From: Heterodontus francisci | Lineage: Eukaryota | DNA length: 64,000 bases | Direction: 5' to 3' | NCBI RefSeq assembly: GCF_036365525.1 | Contig: NC_090415.1 | Coordinates: forward strand, 13,082,001-13,146,000 | Shown: positions 37,820-52,754 of the stretch, piece after piece | Position numbering within the stretch: the first letter of the stretch is position 1 | How the letters are laid out: each line of letters begins with the position of its first letter | Made by a program: the position numbers and the translations under genes | The notes under the pieces: generated by a model | The model's database searches: none | Told to the model about the DNA's origin: nothing | Seen by the model: only the letters and a program-made list of their open reading frames with translations

Positions 37820-40800
37820 CCGAAGAACATAAGAAATAGGAGTAAGAGCAGCCCATTCGGCCCCTCAAACCTGCCCCGAATTTCAATAAGATCATGGCTG
37901 ATCTGCCTCAGACCTCAACTCCTCTTTCATGCTAGCTCCTCATAGCCCTCAACTCCCCAACATTTCAAAAATCTATCTACCTCCTCTTTAAATACTTTCA
38001 GTAATCTCACCTCCACAACTCTCTGGGGTAGGGAATTCCAGACACTCACGACACTCTGAGAGAAGAAATTCCTTTGCATCTCAGTTTAAAATGAGTGTCC
38101 CCTTATTCTGCAATTATGTCCCCGAGTTCGAGATTCCCCCACTCGTGGAAGCATCTACCCTGTCAAGCCCCCTCAGAATCTTATACGTTTCAATAAGGTC
38201 ACCCCTCATTCTTCTATACTGTAATGAATAAAGGGCTAACCTGTGTTGCCATTCTTGATAAGTCAACCCCTTCATCTCAGGTATAAGCCGAGTGAATCTC
38301 TTTTGAACTGCCTCCAATGCCTGGATATCCTTTCTTAAATACAGGGATGAAAACTGTACACAGTACTCCATGTGCGGCCTCACCAACACCCTGCACAGTT
38401 GTAACAAGACTACCCTATTTTTAAACTCCAACCCCCTCGCAATAAAGGTCAAAATTCCATTCGTCTTTTTAATTGCTTGCTGCACCTGCATACTAACTTT
38501 TGTGCTTCAAGGACAAGAACCCAGATCCCTCTGTGCTCCACTTTTTTGGAGTCTCTCATCATTTAAATAATCGTCTGCCTTTTCATTCTTCCTACCAAAG
38601 TGCACAACCTCACACTTTCCTACATTAAACTCCAACTGCCAAGGTTTTGCCCACTGACTCAACCTGTCTATATCCTGTGCAGATTCCTTACGTCCTCATG
38701 ACAACATGTCCTCCCACCTATTATTGGATAGTCATCAAATGTGGATATATTACACTCTGCCCCCTCCTCCAAGTCATTCATATAGATAGTAAATAATTGA
38801 GGGCCTAGGACTGATCCTTGTGGCACTCCACTAGTTAAATCTTTCCAACCTGAAAAAGACCCATTAATCCCGACTCTGTCTTCTGTGTGTCAACCAATCC
38901 TCAATCCATGCTAATACATTACCCCCAATACCCCATGAGCTCCTGTCTTGTGCTGTAATCTTTTATGTAGCTCTTTATCGAATGCCTTCTGGAAATCCAA
39001 ATACACAGCACCAGTTTATCAACTCATGTTTGATAAATTTGCCAGAGTTCTTTGATGATATTACAAGCATTTCCCTTTCACAAAACCATGCTGACTTGGT
39101 TTCATTGCGTTAAGCTTTTCTAAATGTCCTGCTATTTCTTCCTTCATAATGGACTCCAGCATTTTCCCAATGACAGATGTTAGACTGACTGGCCTATCGT
39201 TTTCTGTTTTTTTGTCTCCCTCCCATCGTGAACAGGGGCATCACATTAACGGTTTTCCAATCTGCTAGGACCCTCCTGGAATCCACTGAGATCTGGAATA
39301 TTTTGACCAATGTTTCCATTACCTCTGCAGCCACTTGGTTTAAAACCCTTGGATGTCGGCCATCAGGTCCTGGCGACTTGTCTGCCTTTACTCCCATTAG
39401 TTTGTCAAATACTTTGTCCCTCGTGATAGAGACAGTTACAAGATCTTTCTTCCTATTAGGCCCTTGATTATCTGATATCTGTGGGAAGTTTATAGTGTCC
39501 TCCACTGTGAAAACAGATGCAAAATATTGGTTTAAATTATCTGCCATTTCCCTGTTCCCTGTAATCAATTCTCCTGTCACATCCTCCAAAGTCCCACACT
39601 CTCTTTAGCTACTCTCTTTTTCTATACCCATAGAAGCTCTTGCTGTTTGTTTTTATATTTCTTGCCAATTTACTTTCATAATCATTTTTCTCCCTTTTTA
39701 TTAGCTTTTTAGTCATCCGCTGCTGGTTCCTAAAAAAATTCCCAATCGTCCGGCCTACCACTAATCTTTGCTGCTTTGTATGCCTTAGTTTTTGATTGGA
39801 TACTCTCCTTGACAGAATTTGTTAATCATGGGTGGTTCATCCTTCTCTTTTGGACCGGGATTAATTTTTGCTCAGCATTATGAACTATCTGTTTAAATGC
39901 CTGCCACTGCTCATCCACTGACTTTCCCCTTACGCTATTTTCCCAGCCCGCTTTAAACAACTCTTTCTTCATACCACTGCAATTGCCTTTTTCAAGTTAA
40001 GGACACTGGTTTGAGACCCGACTTGCTCGCCCTCAAACTGAATTTGAAATTCTACCATGTTGTGATCACTACACACCAGAGGATTCTTAACTGTGATATC
40101 TCTTATTAATACTACCTTATTACACATTGCTAGATCTAAAATACCCTGTTCCCGGGTAGGTTCTGCAATGCATTGCTCTTAGTAACAGTCCCTGATGCAT
40201 GCTACAAATTTGTCTTCAATGTTACCTCTGCCAATCTGATTTGTCCACTCAATATGCAGATTAAAATTACCCATAACAATTCTACCACCCTTCTTACATG
40301 GCACCTTTATTTCCCGATTTATACTTTGTCCAACAGTGAGCCAACACGTAAGGGACCTATAGTCGAATCCCACCCGTGACTTCTTCCCCTTGCTATTCCT
40401 AATTTCCACCCAAACTGATTCTGCATCATGATCTATTGCACCTATATCACCACTCACCACTGCACTGATACCTTCCTTTGATAACAAAGCTATCCTACCT
40501 GCTTCTTCTTTTTGTCTATTTTTCCAGAACGTTGAATATTGAGTTTCCAGTCTTGGTCACCCTGCAACTACGTCTCTGTAACAGCTATCAAGTTACATTC
40601 ATTTATTTCTATCTGTGCCATCAACTCATCTACCTTTTTCCAAATGTTGGGTGCATTCAGTTCAAGAGCCTTAAGCTTTGACTTTTTACCATTATTAGTC
40701 ATTCTGGTTTTAATTGTTGCTGCACTCTTCTGCTAATATTTTCGGCACCTTCCTGTCACACTTTGATTACCATATGTCTCTTCACTAGCCTGCACCAGTG

Positions 40801-41470
40801 CTTTCTCATTCCTTTTTGATTTTATAAATTTCCCTTCAATTGAAAGCTTCCCCCCACTAATTACTTCAAAGTCATATCTACAACCCTAGTTATACGATTC
40901 AACAGGACACTGGTCCCAGCATGGTTCAAATGAAGCCCATCCCAATGGAACAGCTCTCTCCTTCCCCAGTACTGGTGCCACTGCTGCATGAATTGGAACC
41001 CATTACTCACACACCAAACTTTGAGCCACACGTTTACCTCTCCAATCTTATTTACCCTATGCCAATTTGCACATGGCTCAGGTAGTAATCTGGAGAGTAC
41101 TACCTTTGTGGTTCTGCTGTTTAATTTAGCCCCGAGCTGTTCCTTGTACCTCAGCAGAACCTCTTTCAAGTCCTACATATGGCATTGATATCTATGTGGA
41201 CCACGACAACTGGATCCTTCCCATCCCACTCCAAGTTCCTCTCCAGTCCAGAAGAGATGTCCTTAATCTTGGCACCAGATAGACAGCACAGCCTTCAGGA
41301 CTCCCTGTCTTTGCTGCAGAGAACGGTATCTATTCCCCGAACTATACTATCCCCTATTACTAAACCCCCACTTGAATGGCACTCTGAACCACGGTGCTGT
41401 GATCAGTTTGCTCATCCTCCCTGCAGCCTGTGCCCTCGTCCACATGTGGAGCAACAACCTCATACCTCAT
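37820..41470 (-). mobile_element. Near full-length decayed CR1 (ORF1 SGNH esterase, endonuclease, RT, tail)
   Basis: ORF 40861-41169 LFHWDGLHLNHAG (esterase), 40179-40487 (endonuclease), 39194-39589 and 38114-38491 (ORF2). Confidence 0.88.
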
Positions 41471-41844
41471 GGATAAGGGCTAAGGATAAGGATAATGATA
41501 TGACTGTGGATCACATTCTGTACCTTTCAGTCTCTGATCCTGTGTGTGAATTTAGGCTTCATTATGAATTTGACAGTCTCTGGTACTGGATGTGTGTTTG
41601 GAATTCATTCCCTTTGTGTTTGTCTCTAGGGGATTCTGTACATGCGTGAGAAATTCTGTATCTGCCAGTATCTGTACTGTGCACACATGTTGGACTCATT
41701 CAATATATGTAAGTTACTGATACTGTGTCTGTATTTGTGATTCATTCTCGATCTCTGAAGCTCTTGTTCTCTGTTTGAGTGTAGGATTCATTCTGCACCT
41801 AGGTGTCTATGTACTGTATGCGAGTGTGGGATCCTGCTGTATTC

Positions 41845-43660
41845 ATAGAAACACAGAAAATAGGAGCAGGAGAAGGCCCCCAAAGGGCTTGCTTCACCAT
41901 TTAAATAGGGATCATGGCTATTTGTCCAATTCAGTGCCCTGTTCTCATATTCTCCCCATATCAGTTGATCCCTTTGGCATTAAGAAATATATCTATTTCC
42001 TTCTTGAATATATCTAATGACTTGGCCTCCACTGCCTTCTGCGGTAGACAACTCCATAGGTTCATCATCCTCTAAGTGAAGAAATTTCTCCTCATCTCAG
42101 TTCTAAATTGCATACCCCGTATCCTGAGACTGTGACCCCTGGTTCTGGACTCCCCAACCATCGGGAACATCCTCCCTGCATTCAGCATGATTAGTCCTGT
42201 TAGAATTTTATTGGTTTCTGTGAGATCCCCTCTCATTCTTCTAAACCAAAGTGAATACAGGCCTACTTGACCCAATCTCTCCTCGTACATCAATCCTGCC
42301 ATCCCAGGAAACAAGGTGAGAACAAAATTCCTCAGATACAGAGACCAAAACTGCAGACAATACAGTGGCACAGTGGTTAGCACCACAACCTCACAGCTCC
42401 AGCGACATGGGTTTGGTTCTGGGGACTGCCTATGCGGAGTTTGCAAGTTCTTCCTGTGACCATGTGGGTTTCCGCTGGGTGCTCTGATTTTCTCCCACAG
42501 CCAAAGACTTGCAGGTTGATAGGTAAATTGGCCATTGTAAATTACCCCATGTATAAGTAGGTGGTAGGGAAGGTGGGTAGAGATAGGGAATATGGCATTA
42601 ATGTAGGATTAGTGTAAATAGGTGATTGTTGGTCGGATGGGGTTAATGTAGGATTAGGATAAAAATGAGTCGTTGTTGGTCAGCACAGACTCGGTTGCCA
42701 AAGGGCCTGGTTCAGTGCTGTATCACTCGATGACTCTAAATACTCCAGATGAGTCTCACCAAGGCCTTGTTTTACTGCAGCAAGACATCTGTGCTCCTGT
42801 ACTCAAATCCGCTTGCAACGAAGGTCAACATACCATTTTCCTTCCTAATTGCTTGCTGCACCTGAATGCTTGCTTTCAGCGACTGATGTACAAGGACACC
42901 CAGGTCTCGTTGCACCTCCCCCTTTCCCTATCTATCACTATTCAGATAATAATCTGCTTTACTGTTTTAAAACCCAAGTGGATAACTTCACTTTTATCCT
43001 ATTGATATTTCATCTGCCGTGCAATTGCCTACTCACCCAACTTGTCCAAATCACATTGGAGCCTTTTGCATCCTCCTCACAGCTCACAATCCACCCCCCC
43101 CCCAAACCCCACCCCCAGCTCTGTGTCATCTGCAAACCTGGAAATGTTACATTTACTTCCCTCACCCAAGTCTGTAAGATATATTGTGAATAGCTGGGGC
43201 TCAAGCACAGTTTCCTGCAGTACCCCACTGGACCCTGCCTGCCACCCAGAAATATACCCATTTATTCCTGCTCTGTTTCCTGTCTGTCAACTAATTCCCA
43301 ATCCCTGCCAGTATATTACCCCCAATCCCATGTGCTTTCATTTTGCACACTAACCTCTTATGTGGGACCTTGACAAAAGCCTTCTGAAAATCCAAATGCA
43401 CCACATCCACTAGTTCTCCATTATCAAGTCTGCTAGTTACATCCTCAAAAAACTCCAGTGGATTTGTTAAGCATGACTTCTCTTTCGTAAAACTATCACA
43501 TCCTTTATAATAGACTCCAGCATTTTCCCCACGACTGATGTAAGGTTCACTCGTCTGTAATTCCTTTTTTTTCTCTCCCTCCTTGTTTTAAATAGTGGGG
43601 TTACATTTTCCACCCTCCAATCTGTACGAACTGCTCCAGAGTCTACAGAATTTTGGAATA
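41845..43660 (-). mobile_element. CR1 RT/3' fragment containing a plus-strand SINE (about 42364-42738)
   Basis: ORFs 42072-42446 and 43467-43712. The SINE is flanked by AATAC and is absent from the paralog at about 52100. Confidence 0.82.
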
Positions 43661-44272
43661 TCCGGTATTTCATATGTATCTCAGGCATTGTGGTGACAAC
43701 TCTTTGTTTCACACGTTAATGTATCAATATGTGTTTACTTGTGTTTAATTTAAAATATGGATTAACAATGTTTTATTGCTGTAGGTTTTATTCAATTCTT
43801 GTTTGTGAGTTGTAGCTTTTTATCCAATTTGTATCTTTGCAAAAGCAATTGTGAATGACAATCTTTCAATTTTAGACAATGACCTGACATGTAATGTCAA
43901 ATTCCATCAGTTTGTAGTAAATGAACTAATCCTGTATGTTTTTGTCTGACCCTTAGTGACATGTTTACACTGGTGTGTAATTTGTAGCTCAGTTTATATT
44001 GTGGGGTATGTTATTGGGATTCATTCTGTAGCTTTCAATCAGGTACATTTTGTCTGTTCTGTTTAAGATTTGGTATTTGAATTGTAGCCAAGGCGACACA
44101 GTGTATTTAAATCAGATAATGTGTGTGTTTTTGGACTGTGAATCATGTATCTACCAGTCAGTTGGAGAGAAATAGAAACAAATACTATCTCTATGCTCTG
44201 TTTGACTATTGGATTGATAATGTCTCTCTTTGGGATCAGTGTGGGTCTGACTACTTCTTTTGTTTGTTACAG

Positions 44273-44737
44273 TGGAAATGACGACCTGACCGTGTCACTG
44301 TGCTTTGTGACTGATACTGTACCTAATATGTGTTGGAACGAGCTGGAGGTACTTTTCCATCTATTGATGAGTCATGACTTTCGTTCTGGTTCCTTCGAGT
44401 GTTTGCCTGGCAGATAAAAAAGGTAACTCTTACACTTGAAGAACAGGTGAGTGAGAAGACACAAAAGTGATCAATGTAATATTTTCAATAATAATCATTC
44501 TGAGCAATCACAAAAGGAAAGTTCACACATAAGCAGTGTCAGTGTCTGAGTCCACTGCAGTACTGCAGCACTCTGCTTCTGTTTCCCAGGTATTTGGAGC
44601 AGTTTTACAGCAATTTTGTGACATTCAGAAACAACCCATGCCCCGCAGTGCTCAATGACTCGGACGACTCAATGGAGAAGTGACATTTGCACAAGCCAGA
44701 GTTCTATTTCCATGTCCAATTGTTCAATGGACAAGAA
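44273..44737 (+). pseudogene. Unidentified gene remnant: 174-nt exon (44273-44446) and 148-nt exon (44590-44737)
   Basis: Splice sites TTTGTTTGTTACAG/..AG/GTGAGT and CTGTTTCCCAG/..AA/GTAATA. The junction is phase-compatible. Three in-frame stops. Confidence 0.55.
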
Positions 44738-44854
44738 GTAATAACTGTTTAAAAAAAAGTGTCCTTAATCTCCTCTCCTGATCCTGCAATAGACAGTCTT
44801 AGAAAAGCTGCCATGTTTTCATTATTCAGCCATTTTTTTCCTGCCATTCAGAGA

Positions 44855-45168
44855 GATACAGTATCGAAACAGGCCCTTCCTGACCATCAACCACCCATTT
44901 ATACCGTTCTATTTTAATCCGATTTTTCCCTCTAAAGTCCCCACTATTCTCCTACAACATATCTACACCAGGGGCATTTTTTCTTTACAATGGCTAATTT
45001 ACCTATCAACTTGCAAGTCTTTGGCATGTGGAAGGAAACCAGAGCACCCAGCGGAAACCCATGCAGTCACAGGGAAAACTTGCAAAATCCACACAAGCAG
45101 TACGAAGAACCGGACCAATGTCACTGGAGCTGTGAGGCTGCGGTGCTAGCCACTGTGCCACTCTGCCA
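44855..45168 (-). mobile_element. tRNA-derived SINE (HE1/V-SINE-like)
   Basis: Reverse complement begins GGGTGGCAGAGTGGCACAGTGGCTAGCACCGCAGCCTCACAGCTCCAG. Confidence 0.8.
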
Positions 45169-45419
45169 CCCAATTCACTATCCAACAACAACAAACAGTG
45201 AGATATTGAATCCAAACCAGGAACATTCATTACAGTTTGGAGAGAGAAATCAGCAATGATTTTGAAAAGGGAGTTCATCATATTCTGTCTCTCTCTCCCT
45301 GTCCAGACAGTGCCCGAGAAAGACCTCTCCCTTTCCCCTGGCTCACTCCATGTTCCGGGACCAGTTCCTGCTTCACAGTGCATATTACAAACAGTCCCCC
45401 AGTCCTGCTGAATTAGCTG

Positions 45420-47965
45420 AAGTAGACCATTCAGCCGCTCGAGCTTGCTCCGCTATTCAATTTGTTCATGGCTGATCAATTTCTGAGTTGAATTCCACAC
45501 TCCCATCTATGTCTGATAATCTTTGATTCCCTTGCCTAACAAGAATCTATCTACCCCTGCCTTAAAAATATTCAATTACCCCACCTCCACCACCTTCTGA
45601 GGCAGAGAATTCCAAAGTTGCACAACCCTCGGAGAGAAAGAAATCTCATCTCTGTCCTAAAATGGCGACCCCTAATTCGAAAACAGCACCCCCGAGTTTT
45701 GAACTCATCCACAAAGGGAAACATCCTTTCCACATCCACTTGTCAAGACCATTCAGGATGTTATACACTTCAATCAAGTCTCCCCTCACTCTTCAAAACT
45801 CCAGTGAAGAAAAGCCCAGTCTGCCCAACCTTTCCTCATAAGACAACCCACTCATTCCAGGTATCAATCTAATAAACCTCCTGTGAAACGCCTCCAACAC
45901 ATTTACTTCCTTCCTGAAATATGGAGACTAAAACTGCACGCAGTATTCAAGATGTGGTCACACCAATGCCCTGTATAACTGAAGCATAACATTCTTACAT
46001 TTATTTTCAATTCCTCTCATGATAAAGGATAGTATTCCATTTTCCTTCTTGATGACTTGCTGTACCTGCATACTAACTTTTCATGACTCATGCACCAGAA
46101 CACCTAGATCCCTCTGCACCTCGGAATTATGCAGTTGTTCTCCATTTAAGTAATACTTTGTTTTTTTAATCTTCCAGACAAAGTGAATAACTTCACATTT
46201 TTTCACATTACACTTCATCTGCCAGATTTCTGACCACTCACTCAACCATCTATCAAGGTCTGCAACCTCCTTATGTCCTCTTCACAACACACTTTCCTAC
46301 CGATCTGTGTGTCATCTGCAAATTTAACTGCCATGCCATTGCTCCCCTCATCTAGGTTATGGATATAAATTGTAAAAAGTTGTGGGCCCAGCACAGACCC
46401 CTGTGTTACTCCACTTATCACATCCTCCCGATCAGAATGTTTTCTGTCAGCCAGCCAATCTTCTATCCATGCTAATTAAGTTACCCACTACACCATGAAC
46501 TCCTGCTTTGCACAATAACCTTTCATGTAACACCTTGACAAAGGCCTTCATGAAAACCAAATACTGTATGTCAATGGGCTCTCCTTTATCCCCAGTGCAT
46601 TTTCCTCCTTGAAAGAACTCTGATACTTTGGTTAACCATGATTTTCCTTTCACATCGCCATGCTGAACATTTCCAATAACCTTGTGTTTTTCTAAAGGCC
46701 CAGCTATAGCCTCCTTAATGATCAATTCTAACACCTTCCCTGAATCAGGGGTCAAGCTAACTATCCTATAGTTACCCAATTTCTGCCTCCCCACCTTCTT
46801 GAATAGAAGGGTTATATTTGCTACTTTCCAGTCTGATGGAACCTTTCTAGAATCTAGTGAATCTTGAAAAAATAACAAATCAACTCTTTCAGCAGCCATA
46901 ACTTTAAGGACCCGAGGATGAAGCCCATCAGGACCCAGAGACTTGTCAGCCAGCAGCTCCATCAGTTTACTCAGTACCACTTCCCTGGTGATTGTAACTT
47001 CACCAAGTTCCTCTCTTCCTTCCACCTCCTGATTTACTGCTATTACTGAAATATTTTGTGTATCCTCTAGTGAAGACAGAAGCCAAATAATTGTTCATTT
47101 CAACCACCATTTCCTTATTATCGACTATTAACTCCCCATTCTCATTCTCTAAAGGACCAACACTCACTTTACTTACACTTTTCCTTTTTAAATACCTATA
47201 GAAAATCTTGCTATCCGTTTTTACATTTCTAGCTAGTTCTGTCATAATCGAATTTATTTTCCCCTGATTAACCTTTCAGTCATTCTCTGCCATTCATTAT
47301 ATTCTGACCAATCATCTGACCTGCCACTCGTCTTTGCACAATTCTATGCTTTTTCATTAAGGTTGAGGCTATCCTTAACTTCTTTAGTGAACAATGGATG
47401 GTGGGTCCTCCCCTTGGAATTTTACTTTACTGTAGGAATATAATTCCTTTGAGTATTCAGAAATATTGCCATCAATGTCTGCTACTGCTTCTCTATTTAT
47501 TTATCTCCTAGCCTAGTAACCCAGTTCAATTCAGCTAGCTCAGCTTTCATGTCCACATAGTTGTCCTTATTTAAGTTTAAAATACTAGTCTTAGACCCAC
47601 TCCTCTCAATTTCAAACTGGATGCAAAATTCAGTCATATTGTGGTTGCTGCTACCTAGAGGTGCCTTTACTCTGAGGTCATTAATTAATCCTGTTAAATT
47701 ACACAATACCAAATCTAATATAACCTGGTTCCAGAATGTACTGCTCGAAGAAACTATCTCAAAAGCATTCTTTGAACTCCTCATCCAGGCTGTTAGAACC
47801 AATCTCATTTTTCCAGTTTATATGTTGAATAAAATCCCCATTATTATTTCCATCCCTTTATCACAAGCACCCAAAATTTGTTCTTGTATACTTTACCCTC
47901 CATTGTCATTATTGCTCAGTGGCCAGGACACAACTCCTACCAGTGACTTCTTTCCCCCACTATTC
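45420..47965 (-). mobile_element. Decayed CR1 (endonuclease, RT, tail), paralogous to 10460-12700
   Basis: ORFs 46447-47025, 47000-47245 and 47497-47808. Confidence 0.88.
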
Positions 47966-49445
47966 CCTGGTCTACAATTTATCTCTGTCAGTTTCTGATT
48001 TTGGGTGTGAGTATATATGTACCTGTTTTATGTGAGAACCGTCTTATTCTGTACCTTTCAGATTTTGATGTGTCTGTGTGTCTGGCTTGTACTTGGTCCC
48101 AATCAGTTTAGAATATGTGAGTGTAGATTTGACTGTTAATATTCCATTCTTGGGAATATGAGTGGGGGTTCACACTTCATCTTTGAGTGTCCAGTTAGGC
48201 CAATTTAAAGTTTAATCTGTGCACTTAAATTTCTAATGTGTAGCTGTGGGTTTTATCCTGTCACTGTCACTATCTGTTATAAGAGTAAAGGGTACATTCT
48301 GGTTTTTGATTGTGGATTTCTCACCACATCTCTACATTGTCTCGGATGTGAATGTGATTTTTAATCTGTACATGCCAGTTTCTGACATATGGCTCTGAGG
48401 TTGAATTTGTACATGTCATTCTCTGGTATGTGACTGCCAATTTTATTCTGAACCTCTCAGTTTCCTTTACCTGTGTGCGAGTTTTAGTCGGTATCTGTCA
48501 GTATCTGGTACATGAATCTTCTTCCTTATGCGTATGTTTTGCTCTGTATTTGTCAGTGTCTGAAGTGCCAATTGTCAGGTTTTCTTTGTACCTGTCACTC
48601 TCTGTTATGCATCACAGACTTTCCCTCTCTAACTGTAAATTTCTTCCAATTCACCGTGGATTTCACTCTGTGTCTGTCAGTCTCTGGTAGTTAAGTGTGG
48701 TTTTTTTACTTCATCTCCTAATTTCTGATATGTGAATGGAGATTTTAATCTGTACCTTTTGGCTTCTAGTGTGCGAGTCTGTGTTTCAATCTGTATCTAC
48801 CAGTTTCTCATATGTGAGGGTGGCATTTATTCTGTACCAGTTACTTTCTGAAATGTGTGAAGATTTCAATCTTTCCCTGTCAGTTTCTGGTATGTGAATG
48901 TGGGTTTATTCTGGATCTTTCAATCTTTGGAATTTGAGTACATGCTTTATCCTATACCTTTTTACTTGTGTTAAGTGAATGAAGGATTAGATCTGTACCT
49001 GTCCATTGATAGTAAATGAATATCTGTTTTAGTCTGTACCTGGCAGTTTATGGCAAAGTAAGGTGGTTTATTTCTCTACCTGCCAGATTCTGATATGTGA
49101 CTGTTGTTTTATTCTGTACCTGTTATTTTCTGTGATATGAATCTGGCTTTTGATCTGTACCTGTCAGTTACTGTTACTTGACTGAGTTTCACTTTGCACC
49201 TGTTGGTTTCTGGTATGTGAGTGTCAGTTTTAAGTTGTACCTGTAAAGTTAAGGTATGACAGTGTGGGTTTATTCTGTATCTTTCAAACTCTAGTGTGTG
49301 ATATGGGTTTTTTTTTCTCTGAATCTTTCGATTTCTGGTCTGTAATTTTTGTGTTCTTATCTGCATCTTACAGTTCCTTATAGGTGTCTGTGTGCTCGTT
49401 TCCTTTTTCTGCAGCTATCAACGTCTGCTACGTGAGTATGTGTAA
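47965..49445 (+). repeat. Decayed ~40-bp repeat array, third paralog of 13360-14805
   Basis: Colinear with 13360-14805 and 18360-19790. Confidence 0.75.
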
Positions 49446-52400
49446 TGTGTGAAGACCAAGGCAAAATATTGGTATAAATTATTTGCCATTTCCCTGTTCC
49501 CCATTATCAGTTCTCCAGTTGCATCCTCTGAGGTCCCCTCACTCACTTTAGCTGATCTCGTTCTTTTTATATACCCAGAGAAGCTCTCACTGTTTGTTTA
49601 TATATTTCTTGTAAATTTACTGTCAGAATCAATGTTCCCCCTCTTTATTAACTTTTTAGTCATCCGTTGCTGATTCCTAAAGCCCACCACTAGTTTTTGC
49701 CTCTCTGTATGCCTTAGTTTTTGATTGGATATTCTCCTTGGCAGCATTTATTAACCACAGATGGTTCATCCTTCTCTTTTTGACTGGGATAAATTTTTGC
49801 TCAGCATTATGAAATATCTGTTTAAATGTCTCCCACTGCTCATCCACTGACCTTCCCCTTAGTCCATTTTCCCAGCCCGCTTTAGACAACTCTTTCTTCA
49901 TACCACAGTAATTGCCCTTGTTTAATTTGAGGACACTGGTTTGAGACCCGAGTTGCTCGCCCTCAAACTGAATTTGAAATTCTACCATGTTGTGATCACT
50001 ACCCCATAGAGGATCCTTAACTACAATATCTCTTGTTAATCCTACCACATTACACATTACTAGATCCAAAATAACCTGTTCCCAGGTATGTTCTGCAATG
50101 TATTGATCGAAGTAACAGTCCCTGATGCACTCAACAAATTCACCTTCCATATTACCTCTGCCAATCTGATTTGTCCTGTCAATATGCAGATTAAAATCAT
50201 TCGTGACTATTGTAGCACCCTTCTTACACGGCTCCATTATTTCCCGATATTTACTTTGTCCTACAGTGAGACAGCTCTTCGGGGGCCTATGGATGACTCC
50301 CACCCGTGAATTCTTCCCTTTGCTATTCCTTATTTCCACACAAACTGATTTCACATCATGATCTATTGCACCTATTTCACTACTCAACACCACACTGATA
50401 CCATCCTTTATTTACAAAGCTAACCCACCTCCTTTTCCTTTTATGCCTATTTTTCCAGAGCATTGTATACCCTTGAATATTGAGTTTCCAGTCTTGGTCA
50501 CCCTGCAACTACGTCTCTGTAATAGCTATCAAGTCACATTCATTTATTTCTATTTGTGCCGCCAACTGATCTATCTTGTTACAAATGCTGTGTGCATTCA
50601 GATAAAGAGGCTTTGACTTTTTATCATTATTATTCATTCTGGTTCTAATTTCTGTTGAACTCTCCTGCTTATATTAGCTGCACCTTCCTGTCATACTTTG
50701 ATTACCATTTGCCTCTTCACTACTCTGTACCTCTGTTCTCTCATTCCTTTTTGATTTTTTAAACTTCCCTTCAATTGAACGCCACCCCCCACCCCACACT
50801 AATAAATTTAAAGTCCTATCTACAACCCTAGTTATATGATTCGCCAGGACATTGGTCCCAGCATGGTCCAAATGAAGCCTGTCCCAGTGGAACAGCTCTC
50901 TCCTTTCCCAGTACTGGTGCCAGTGCCCCAGGAATTGGAACCCATTTCTCCCACACCAATCTTTGAGCCATGCGTTTACCTCTATAATCTGATTTACCCT
51001 AAACCAATTTGCACATTGCTCTGGTAGCATTCTGGAGAGTATTACCTTTCTGGTTCTGCTTCTTAATTTAGCCCCGAGCTGCTCATAGGCCCTCAGCAGA
51101 AGCGGATTCCTTGTCCTACCGATGTGGACCAAGACAGCTGGATCCTTTCCCTCCCACTCCAAGTTACGTAGGCAACACAGCCTTTGGGACTCCCTGTTAT
51201 TGATGCCAGAGAATGGAATCTATTCCCCTAAATCTGCAATCCCCTATTACTAATCTCCCCATTGAATATCGCTCTGAACCACGGTGCTGTGGTCAGTTTG
51301 CTCATCCTCCCTGCAGCCTGTGCCCTCGTCCACACAGGGAGCAAGAAGCTCATACCTATTGGATAAGGGCTAATGATATGTATATGAATGTGGGCCACAT
51401 TCTGGACTTTCAGTCTCTGGTCCTGTGTGTGAATGTAGGGTTTATTCTGAAGTTACTAATACTGTGTTTTTATACTGTGATTCATTCTCAATCTCTGAGA
51501 CTCTGGTTCTATTTAAGTGCAGGATTCATTCTGCATCTATGTGTCTACGTGCTGTATGTGAGTGTGGGATCTTGCTGTATTCAGAAACATAGAAAATAGG
51601 GACAGGAGTAGGTCATTTGACCCTGTGGGCCTGCTCCACCATTCAAATAGGGATCATGGCTGTTGGTCTAATTCAGTGCCCTGTTCCCACATTCTCCCCA
51701 CATCAGTTGATCCCTTTGGCATTAAGAAATATATCTATTTCCTTCTTGAATATATTTAATAACTTGGCCTCCACTGCCTTTTGCGGTAGAGAATTCCACA
51801 GGTTCACCACCCTCTGAGTGAAGACATTTCTCCTCAACTCAGTTCTAAATTGCATACCCCATCTCCTGAGACTGTGACCCCTGGCTCTGGACTCCCCAGC
51901 CATCGGGAACATCCTCCCTGCATCCAGCATGATTAGTCCTGTTAGAATTTATAGGTTTCTATGAGATCCCCTCTCATTCTTCTGAACTAAAGTGAATATA
52001 GGCCTACTCGACCCAATCTCTCCTCATATGTCAATCCTGCCATCCCAGAAAACAAGGCGAGAACAACCTTCCTAAGACAAAGAGACCAAAACAGCACACA
52101 ATACTCCAGATGAGTCTCACCAAGGCCCTGGATAACTGCAGTAAAACATTCTTGCTCCTGTACTCAAATCCTCTTGCAATGAAGGCCAACATACCATTCG
52201 CCTTCCAAATTGCTTGCTGCACCCAAATGCTTACTTTCACCCAGATCTCGTTGCACCTCCCCCTTTCCCAATCAATCACTATTCAGATAATAATCTGATT
52301 TTCTGATTTTAAAACCAAAGTGTATAACCTCACTTTTATCCACTTTATATTTCATCTGCCACGCACTTGCCTACTCACCTACCTTGTCCAAATCACATTG

Positions 52401-52754
52401 GGGGCCTCTTTGCATCCTCCTCACAGCTCACAATCCCACCCAAACCCCACCCCCAGCTCTGTGTCATCTGCAAACCTGGAAATGTTACATTTATTTCCCT
52501 CACCCAAGTCATTCAGATATATTGTGAATAGTTGGGGCCCAAACACAGATCCCTGCAGTACCCCACTGATCCCTGCCTGCCACCTAGAAAAAGACCCATT
52601 TATTCCTACTCTCTGCTTCCTGTCTGTCAACTAATTCCCAATCCCTGCCAGTAGTCTGCTGGTTACATCCTCAAAAAACTCCAGTGGATTTGTTAAGCAT
52701 GACTTCCCTTTCGTAAAACCCATGCTGACTTTGCCCAAACCTGTTTATATTTTC